DNA from: Dendrobates tinctorius
Lineage: Eukaryota
Reading direction: 5' to 3'
DNA length: 64,000 nt
Assembly: GCF_039654945.1 (NCBI RefSeq)
Contig: NW_027361924.1
Span: 8,122,001-8,186,000 of the forward strand
Shown: one piece after another, positions 53,604 to 64,000 of the stretch
Numbering within the stretch: the first letter of the stretch is position 1
Layout of the letters: every line of letters begins with the position of its first letter
The notes under the pieces: model-generated
Seen by the model: only the letters and a program-made list of their open reading frames with translations
What the model was told of the DNA's origin: nothing
Database searches by the model: none
Made by a program: the position numbers and the translations under genes

Positions 53604-54969
53604 AGACAGGAAGAAGTTTAAATAGGGCAAAATAACCAATGAGAGCGGAGGAAGTGTATAATGACGCACGCAAGCATCGTCGGTAACCAGGCAGCCCCAC
53701 GCCGTCGGCCCACGTGTATCCCCGATCGTCGCAATGCAATGATGCGGCGAACAGGGACGCAGGCACGGCGGACGGGACTCCCGGAACCCGATGCCAGCGT
53801 GCGTACAACACTGACCGCTGTCATTGGGCTACAAGTAACACATGGTACATAGAGATATAAGGCGCTCTGTGATTGGATGGATTGGACACATGACACGTAG
53901 GTCCTGAGCGCACATAACATAAACAGAGAGATCACATGGTACATAGGTCCTATTTGATTCAAAAAAGAAAAAGAACTAAAATAAAAAATAATTAATAATA
54001 CAAATACAATGCTAACATATATAATATATAATATATGGCATATGACGACATATAATAAACACCAATATATGAATAAAAATAAAATAATGATGAGTAATAA
54101 TAAATAAATAAATAGATAAATAAATATAAGGAAAAAATAAATAAAAATAAAATAAGTATAAATATAAATAAAAATAAAAGTAAATATAAATAAAAATAAA
54201 ATAAGGATGATAATGAATATAAAAATAATAAATAATAAGTGTAAGAATGATAAATAATAATAGTAAATATGAAAATACTAAAATAAAAAATAATAATAAT
54301 GGCAAATGAAGAAAAAATAAATAATAAAATAAGTAATGATGAAAATAATAAATGATAATTAATAATAAATAGTAATATACAATTACATACTCATCTTTCA
54401 TGAAAATACATATTTGAAAGAATAATAATAAAAATTAAAATTGTAATTAATGAGACAAATAAATATTAATACATGTTTAATCAAGTTCATATATAAATTA
54501 ATGGTATATTTGAAAAAAAAAATAAAAAAAAATATAATAAATAAATATTTATGAGAAAAAACTGAATGCATATTTAGTCAAATTCATATATAGGTTGATG
54601 CAATAGATATTTAATCATTGTCCTTTTTCCTTTTTCTTTTTTATTTTTCTTTTTCCTTTCCTTTATCTTATATAGGTATATCAGAAGAAGAAAATGGCAT
54701 CAGCATCAGTCAACTCCAAGATTCCTCGTAATAGATGAATAACACAAGGTAATTGCTGATAGAATTAGGAACTAAAAGGTGACAAATAAAGATGTATAAG
54801 CATTATATATAATCAGTACACAATAATAAAACCATGTGAATAGATAATCAAATAATAAATATATCACATACCCAACAAATAAAACTAATTAATAATATAA
54901 AATAAAGAATATAATATATATATTAAAATTTATATATTAAAAAAGATAAAAAGCTGGATGACTAGGTGG

Positions 54970-57900
54970 TCATAAAAAAGGGACATAACTGATATTCTCA
55001 TTTAAACCTGAAGGAGATGTAGTTTTAAGAGTTCATATCCATCTTGTTTCCATCTGTGCTAATTTCTGACTAATTTGGCCACCACGTATAGAAACCGGAA
55101 TTGTATCTATACCTCTTACCCGAAACTTGCTTGAATCACAATTATGGAATTGTTTAAAGTGTCTCGGAATTGTTTTCAAGGCAGAAATGTCACTCTCAGT
55201 TTTTGCTCCATTGATTCCAATTACATGCTCTCTCACTCTTACTTTCAATTGTCTTGTGGTGAGGCCAACATAGATCTTTGAGCAGGGACATGTAGCATAA
55301 TAAATTACTGCCTTTGTCTCACAATTAATATGATGTTTAATGGAATAATTTCTTGAGCCAGAGGAATCAGTAAACGTGTCACTTCTGTCCATATTTTGAC
55401 AAGCGATACAATGACCACATGGAAAAGAGCCATTCTTTTTTGAAATCTGTGTCATAAAGGATTTCCGTTCATTCTGATAATGGCTTCTTACCAACGAGTC
55501 TCGCAAATTTCTGGAGCGACGGAAGGTAATACTCGGTTGTTTCGTTAAATAATTGGATAGGGTCTGATCGGCCAATAAAATATGCCATGATTGGCTTAAA
55601 ACTTCTCTTAGTCTTTGATTAGCAGTATTATAGTTCGTAATAAAACGGACTGATGATGAGGATGCGGGCTTAATTCTAGAATATAATAAATCGTTTCTAG
55701 TTGAATATTTGGCTCTATTGAATGCTTTCTTGATACATCGATTACTATAACCACGATTTAAAAACCGTAATTTGAGTTCTTCAGACCTCTTTTCAAAGTC
55801 AATATCACTAGAACATATTCTTCTTAGTCTCAAAAATTGACCTATAGGAATTGATCGAACAAGGGATGCCGGGTGAGAGGAAGATGCATGTAAAAGAGAG
55901 TTTGTTGCTGATTGTTTTCTAAAAATGTCAGTTTGGAGAATATTATTGGAATCCTGTTTTACCAATACATCAAGAAATTCGATATTACTTTTGTCATAGT
56001 GATGTGTTAGTCTGATATTTAAAGAATTGTTGTTTAAATGAGAAATGAATAATTCTAAGGACTCAACAGAGCCTTGCCAAATAAAGAAAATGTCATCAAT
56101 GTACCGTGTCCACAAGAGGACACGGCACATTGAATGACAGTCATCAGATGCAAAGAGGTCCCTCTCCCACAGCCCCAGGAACAGATTTGCATATGCAGGT
56201 GCATATGACGCTCCCATTGCTGTACCCTGGAGCTGCAAGTAGAAGGACCCCTTAAAAATAAAGAAATTATGTGATAGACTAAATTCCAGGATCTCTGTAA
56301 TAAAATTCATCATTGAAAGAGAATAATCCGACATAGATAAAAAATATCTAGTAGCTTGTATACCATCTGAGTGTTTAATATTGGTATATAATGATTCAAC
56401 GTCACAAGTGACTAACAATGCATCATCATCTATATATAAACCATCAATCTTCCTCAAAAAGTCGTTGGTATCACGTATAAAGGACGGAAGACATTCAACC
56501 AAAGGTTGGAGCTTTGAATCAATGTATTTACCCACATTCTCTAAAAAATTGGAGTTTCCCGACACAATAGGTCTACCAGGTGGCAGTGTTAGACTTTTAT
56601 GGATCTTCGGTAGAAGATAAAATGTGGGTATACATGGTTCCCTTATCTGTAATGCCTGACTCAGTTCCTTTGTTATAGTGCCCGCATCAATAGCTTCACT
56701 CAAAATTACATTTAATTCTGATGTAAAGGCTAATGAAGGATTAAATGTAAGCTTCTTATAACAGACTTTATTCTTCAATTGTCTGATAACCTCTGTCTCA
56801 TACATAGAAGAGGGCCAAATGACTATATTCCCGCCTTTATCGGCGGGTTTGATGACCACATCAGATAAATTTTTTAATTTTTCTAAACTTTTCCGCTCTT
56901 CAAAATTCAAATTTCCTTTTGAGATGTTCTGCGGAATCTTTTTAAACTCCTCGCTGACTATTTTAACAAATAGATCAATATTTGGACACGAAGAAAAAGA
57001 AGGGAATTTTTTAGAATGTGGTAAAATACATGAAGGAATCTTACCCCCCTCGGAAGATGAATGTTCATGAAAAAGCTCATTCAAGGTCTGTAATGCTTCC
57101 TGCTCCGTGTCTGTTGGAAATAGATTATGTAATGTTTCATCATGGAAATATTTTTTGAACATTAAAGTTCTCGCAAACATATGTAAGTCTTTAGTAGCAG
57201 AAAAGGTATCAAAACGTGCATCTGGACAAAAGGTAAGACCCTTGCCAAGGACACTTAAATCTGTTTCAGAAAGACAATGTTCGCTCAAATTAATTACCTG
57301 GAGACGATTACTATCAGGTGATCGACCATTCCTTCTTCCATAAGGAGAGTTGCGTAAATTCCGTTTACGTTTGATAGTATTCTTATATGATAAAGAGGAA
57401 GAAGCTTAAGCATTAGAATATTCACTCGTCGAAAGCACCGAAGATGTAGATGTAAGACGAGTGCGAGTATCAGTAGACATATGGGATCTCTTCCAATTAT
57501 ATATCTTATTCATTTGTCGATCCTTCATATCTCTCATTAATTTCTTAGCATGATTATCTTGAATTTCTTTAACCCATAATTCAACTTCCTTCTCCATGGA
57601 TGTATTGATAGATTGAACATTTTCCGCCGTCAATTGGTTCTTAGCTAATGTATAAGTGTTTTCTAATTGTGAATCGATATTAGCCAAGTTTTTTGTATTA
57701 AGATTAACCAATAATTCCATAAATTTTTTTGAGGCATTATTACAAACCTCTTCCCAATTTTGTATAAATTCAACATCTTCAATAGGAAAAGAAGGAATCA
57801 CTCTTATACGTAGACCCCTAGGAATCAAATCCTTATTAATGTAGTTTTGAAGAAAAGCCCTATTCCACCATAGGCGTGTCCGCTTATGTGACAGATTTTT

Positions 57901-58020
57901 TATAGTGGAAGAGAAATCAGTTAGTCCTTGACCACCAGAGCCATTAGCATTAGACCCACCATTACCGAATAATTGATTAATTCGGTTAAGCCAGGACTGT
58001 TCCTTGGCCTTAAAATCCAT
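54970..58020 (-). pseudogene. PLE ORF copy 5 (stops at 57406-57408 and 55033-55035)
   Basis: Carries the same two stops as copy 3. Confidence 0.9.
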
Positions 58021-58751
58021 GTCCGAAGAGAAAGACCTGTGCAAAACACAGTATGAACAATTAAAATAAAATAAAATGACTCAAGGAAAGTGCAATATAA
58101 AATCTCCTAATAATCAGAATTGTGCACCATGGAAAGAATAAAAAAGACAACTCGGGAAAATAAGATGAAGAAAGCGAAGAAACCGAGAACAATGTCCAAT
58201 AATAAAGATTTTTATTTTATTAGATATCCAACAATATTATATATATATATACAAGGGGAGGCCAATGCCAAATAAGGGCACAGCCTGGGGACAGCAATAA
58301 TCACTCAATAAAAAGCACCCACAATAATATCACACAGTATAAAATGAAAGCCAAAAATATATATGAATATAATATATATGTATATATAAAAGCACATATA
58401 AAAATTGCTAGTGCGAGTGTAATAAATTTATGTGCAAACATATAATATGTGCAGGCAAGAAAAAACTGTGAAAAAATATATAAAAACGCTAAAAAATATA
58501 TAATAACTAAATATGTATTACCACACAATAAAGTGCAATGTGCCACAATTGTAAACAGGAACCGTGTGCAAAAGGAAAAATTATTTAAAATATATGTGAA
58601 AGCACAAAATGAGTGCTCAAATAATTTATAATAAATGAGCTGCCACAATTGAAGTGCAATGTGCCGCAATAGTGTAATAAATCAGAACTTATAATATACA
58701 ATAAAAATAATTGTGGACAGTGTAAATACCTTTCAGCTGTTTCTGTCCCCA

Positions 58752-58809
58752 GGATGTGCCAGCCCCGACGCGCGTTTCGGCGTACCTTCGTCAGGGGGTG
58801 GCGACATCC
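58752..58809 (-). ncRNA. Minimal type I hammerhead ribozyme
   Basis: Same sequence as 37942-37999. Confidence 0.88.
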
Positions 58810-60167
58810 AGACAGGAAGAAGTTTAAATAGGGCAAAATAACCAATGAGAGCGGAGGAAGTGTATAATGACGCACGCAAGCATCGTCGGTAACCAGGCAG
58901 CCCCACGCCGTCGGCCCACGTGTATCCCCGATCGTCGCAATGCAATGATGCGGCGAACAGGGACGCAGGCACGGTGGGCGGGACTCCCGGAACCCGATGC
59001 CAGCGTGCGTACAACACTGACCGCTGTCATTGGGCTACAAGTAACACATGGTACATAGAGATATAAGGCGCTCTGTGATTGGATGGATTGGACACATGAC
59101 ACGTAGGTCCTGAGCGCACATAACATAAACAGAGAGATCACATGGTACATAGGTCCTATTTGATTCAAAAAAGAAAAAGAACTAAAATAAAAAATAATTA
59201 ATAATACAAATACAATGCTAACATATATAATATATAATATATGGCATATGACGACATATAATAAACACCAATATATGAATAAAAATAAAATAATGATGAG
59301 TAATAATAAATAAATAAATAGATAAATAAATATAAGGAAAAAATAAATAAAAATAAAATAAGTATAAATATAAATAAAAATAAAAGTAAATATAAATAAA
59401 AATAATATAAGGATGATAATGAATATAAAAATAATAAATAATAAGTGTAAGAATGATAAATAATAATAGTAAATATGAAAATACTAAAATAAAAAATAAT
59501 AATAATGGCAAATGAAGAAAAAATAAATAATAAAATAAGTAATGATGAAAATAATAAATGATAATTAATAATAAATAGTAATATACAATTATATACTCAT
59601 CTTTCATGAAAATACATATTTGAAAGAATAATAATTAAAATTAAAATTGTAATTAATGAGACAAATAAATATTAATACATGTTTAATCAAGTTCATATAT
59701 AAATTAATGGTATATTTGAAAAAAAAAATATATAATAATTAAATATTTATGAGAAAAAACTGAATGCATATTTAGTCAAATTCATATATAGGTTGATGCA
59801 ATAGATATTTAATCATTGTCCTTTTTCCTTTTTCTTTTTTATTTTTCTTTTTCATTTCCTTTATCTTATATAGGTATATCAGAAGAAGAAAATGGCATCA
59901 GCATCAGTCAACTCCAAGATTCCTCGTAATAGATGAATAACACAAGGTAATTGCTGATAGAATTAGGAACTAAAAGGTGACAAATAAAGATGTATAAGCA
60001 TTATATATAATCAGTACACAATAATAAAACCATGTGAATAGATAATCAAATAATAAATATATCACATACCCAACAAATAAAACTAATTAATAATATAAAA
60101 TAAAGAATATAATATATATATTAAAATTTATATATTAAAAAAGATAAAAAGCTGGATGACTAGGTGG

Positions 60168-63100
60168 TCATAAAAAAGGGACATAACTAATATTCTCATT
60201 TAAACCTGAAGGAGATGTAGTTTTAAGAGTCCATATCCATCTTGTTTCCATCTGTGCTAATTTCTGACTAATTTGGCCACCACGTATAGAAACCGGAATT
60301 GTATCTATACCTCTTACCCGAAACTTGCTTGAATCACAATTATGGAATTGTTTAAAGTGTCTCGGAATTGTTTTCAAGGCAGAAATGTCACTCTCAGTTT
60401 TTGCTCCATTGATTCCAATTACATGCTCTCTCACTCTTACTTTCAATTGTCTTGTGGTGAGGCCAACATAGATCTTTGAGCAGGGACATGTAGCATAATA
60501 AATTACTGCCTTTGTCTCACAATTAATATGATGTTTAATGGAATAATTTCTTGAGCCAGAGGAATCAGTAAACGTGTCACTTCTGTCCATATTTTGACAA
60601 GCGATACAATGACCACATGGAAAAGAGCCATTCTTTTTTTAAATCTGTGTCATAAAGGATTTCCGTTCATTCTGATAATGGCTTCTTACCAACGAGTCTC
60701 GCAAATTTCTGGAGCGACGGAAGGTAATACTCGGTTGTTTCGTTAAATAATTGGATAGGGTCTGATCGGCCAATAAAATATGCCATGATTGGCTTAAAAC
60801 TTCTCTTAGTCTTTGATTAGCAGTATTATAGTTCGTAATAAAACGGACTGATGATGAGGATGCGGGCTTAATTCTAGAATATAATAAATCGTTTCTAGTT
60901 GAATATTTGGCTCTATTGAATGCTTTCTTGATACATCGATTACTATAACCACGATTTAAAAACCGTAATTTGAGTTCTTCAGACCTCTTTTCAAAGTCAA
61001 TATCACTAGAACATATTCTTCTTAGTCTCAAAAATTGACCTATAGGAATTGATCGAACAAGGGATGCTGGGTGAGAGGAAGATGCATGTAAAAGAGAGTT
61101 TGTTGCTGATTGTTTTCTAAAAATGTCAGTTTGGAGAATATTATTGGAATCCCGTTTTACCAATACATCAAGAAATTCGATATTACTTTTGTCATAGTGA
61201 TGTGTTAGTCTGATATTTAAAGAATTGTTGCTTAAATGAGAAATGAATAATTCTAAGGACTCAACAGAGCCTTGCCAAATAAAGAAAATGTCATCAATGT
61301 ACCGTGTCCACAAGAGGACACGGCACATTGAATGACAGTCATCAGATGCAAAGAGGTCCCTCTCCCACAGCCCCAGGAACAGATTTGCATATGCAGGTGC
61401 ATATGACGCTCCCATTGCTGTACCCTGGAGCTGCAGGTAGAAGGACCCCTTAAAAATAAAGAAATTATGTGATAGACTAAATTCCAGGATCTCTGTAATA
61501 AAATTCATCATTGAAAGAGAATAATCCGACATAGATAAAAAATATCTAGTAGCTTGTATACCATCTGAGTGTTTAATATTGGTATATAATGATTCAACGT
61601 CACAAGTGACTAACAATGCATCATCATCTATATATAAACCATCAATCTTCCTCAAAAAGTCGTTGGTATCACGTATAAAGGACGGAAGACATTCAACCAA
61701 AGGTTGGAGCTTTGAATCAATGTATTTACCCACATTCTCTAAAAAATTGGTGTTTCCCGACACAATAGGTCTACCAGGTGGCAGTGTTAGACTTTTATGG
61801 ATCTTCGGTAGAAGATAAAATGTGGGTATACATGGTTCCCTTATCTGTAATGCCTGACTCAGTTCCTTTGTTATAGTGCCCGCATCAATAGCTTCACTCA
61901 AAATTACATTTAATTCTGATGTAAAGGCTAATGAAGGATTAAATGTAAGCTTCTTATAACAGACTTTATTCTTCAATTGTCTGAAAACCTCTGTCTCATA
62001 CATAGAAGAGGGCCAAATGACTATATTCCCGCTTTTATCGGCGGGTTTGATGACCACATCAGATAAATTTTTTAATTTTTCTAAACTTTTCTGCTCTTCA
62101 AAATTCAAATTTCCTTTTGAGATGTTCTGAGGAATCTTTTTAAACTCCTCGCTGACTATTTTAACAAATAGATCAATATCTGGACACGAAGAAAAAGAAG
62201 GGAATTTTTTAGAATGTGGTAAAATACATGAAGGAATCTTACCCCCCTCAGAAGATGAATGTTCATGAAAAAGCTCATTCAAGGTCTGTAATGCTTCCTG
62301 CTCCGTGTCTGTTGGAAATAGATTATGTAATGTTTCATCATGGAAATATTTTTTGAACATTAAAGTTCTCGCAAACATATGTAAGTCTTTAGTAGCAGAA
62401 AAGGTATCAAAACGTGCATCTGTACAAAAGGTAAGACCCTTGCCAAGGACACTTAAATCTGTTTCAGAAAGACAATGTTCGCTCAAATTAATTACCTGGA
62501 GACGATTACTATCAGGTGATCGACCATTCCTTCTTCCATAAGGAGAGTTGCGTAAATTCCGTTTACGTTTGATAGTATTCTTATATGATAAAGAGGAAGA
62601 AGCTGAAGCATCAGAATATTCACTCGTCGAAAGCACCGAAGATGTAGATGTAAGACGAGTGCGAGTATCAGTAGACATATGGGATCTCTTCCAATTATAT
62701 ATCTTATTCATTTGTCGATCCTTCATATCTCTCATTAATTTCTTAGCATGATTATCTTGAATTTCTTTAACCCATAATTCAACTTCCTTCTCCATGGATG
62801 TATTGATAGATTGAACATTTTCCGCCGTCAATTGGTTCTTAGCTAATGTATAAGTGTTTTCTAATTGTGAATCGATATTAGCCAAGTTTTTTGTATTAAG
62901 ATTAACCAATAATTCCATAAATTTTTTTGAGGTATTATTACAAACCTCTTCCCAATTTTGTATAAATTAAACATCTTCAATAGGAAAAGAAGGAATCACT
63001 CTTATACGTAGACCCCTAGGAATCAAATCCTTATTAATGTAGTTTTGAAGAAAAGCCCTATTCCACCATAGGTGTGTCCACTTATGTGACAGATTTTTTA

Positions 63101-63218
63101 TAGTGGAAGAGAAATCAGTTAGTCCTTGACCACCAGAGCCATTAGCATTAGACCCACCATTACCGAATAATTGATTAATTCGGTTAAGCCAGGACTGTTC
63201 CTTGGCCTTAAAATCCAT
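60168..63218 (-). pseudogene. PLE ORF copy 6 (stops at 62967-62969 and 60639-60641)
   Basis: Near-identical to the intact copy, with two nonsense changes. Confidence 0.9.
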
Positions 63219-63949
63219 GTCCGAAGAGAAAGACCTGTGCAAAACACAGTATGAACAATTAAAATAAAATAAAATGACTCAAGGAAAGTGCAATATAAAA
63301 TCTCCTAATAATCAGAATTGTGCACCATGGAAAGAATAAAAAAGACAACTCGGGAAAATAAGATGAAGAAAGCGAAGAAACCGAGAACAATGTCCAATAA
63401 TAAAGATTTTTATTTTATTAGATATCCAACAATATTATATATATATATACAAGGGGAGGCCAATGCCAAATAAGGGCACAGCCTGGGGACAGCAATAATC
63501 ACTCAATAAAAAGCACCCACAATAATATCACACAGTATAAAATGAAAGCCAAAAATATATATGAATATAATATATATGTATATATAAAAGCACATATAAA
63601 AATTGCTAGTGCGAGTGTAATAAATTTATGTGCAAACATATAATATGTGCAGGCAAGAAAAAACTGTGAAAAAATATATAAAAACGCTAAAAAATATATA
63701 ATAACTAAATATGTATTACCACACAATAAAGTGCAATGTGCCACAATTGTAAACAGGAACCGTGTGCAAAAGGAAAAATTATTTAAAATATATGTGAAAG
63801 CACAAAACGAGTGCTCAAATAATTTATAATAAATGAGCTGCCACAATTGAAGTGCAATGTGCCGCAATAGTGTAATAAATCAGAACTTATAATATACAAT
63901 AAAAATAATTGTGGACAGTGTAAATACCTTTCAGCTGTTTCTGTCCCCA

Positions 63950-64000
63950 GGATGTGCCAGCCCCGACGCGCGTTTCGGCGTACCTTCGTCAGGGGGTGGC
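63950..64000 (-). ncRNA. Minimal type I hammerhead ribozyme (cut by the window edge)
   Basis: The core CUGACGA...GAAACGCGCGUC is present. Confidence 0.85.

Larger units (their letters stand above)
32141..64000 (-). mobile_element. Head-to-tail tandem array of Penelope-like retroelements (6 full ~5.2-kb units plus a partial unit; runs off the window)
   Basis: The unit anchor TGAAGAAAG lies at 32141, 37356, 42555, 47761, 52960, 58166 and 63364. Each unit has an RT+GIY-YIG ORF and a hammerhead motif. Confidence 0.96.

Overview
This is a vertebrate, repeat-dense window. An anuran amphibian is inferred from the repeat families and the olfactory receptor type. 1-6 kb: nested CR1/L2 LINE fragments, a Harbinger-type MITE and a solo LTR within an old degenerate repeat. 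6088-12470: an internally deleted BEL/Pao LTR retrotransposon on the minus strand with a 5-bp TSD. Each of its two 909-bp LTRs carries an intronless RPS13 cDNA antisense to the element. Its primer-binding position lacks the tRNA signature and is the exact complement of an 11-nt sequence inside the LTR, which begins a 46-bp fold-back. This is a Tf1-like self-priming architecture with the captured host gene in the hairpin loop, and it is the most notable feature of the window. 16-26 kb: two intact paralogous olfactory receptor genes with a shared promoter/leader-exon module, among MITEs and an L2 fragment. 28.7-32.1 kb: a decayed Harbinger transposon interrupted by a solo LTR. 32141-64000: a head-to-tail array of at least six ~5.2-kb Penelope-like elements (RT + GIY-YIG). 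Each unit has a minimal hammerhead ribozyme and a probable 5'UTR intron. Only one ORF is intact, and the array contains a 10.4-kb two-unit duplication.
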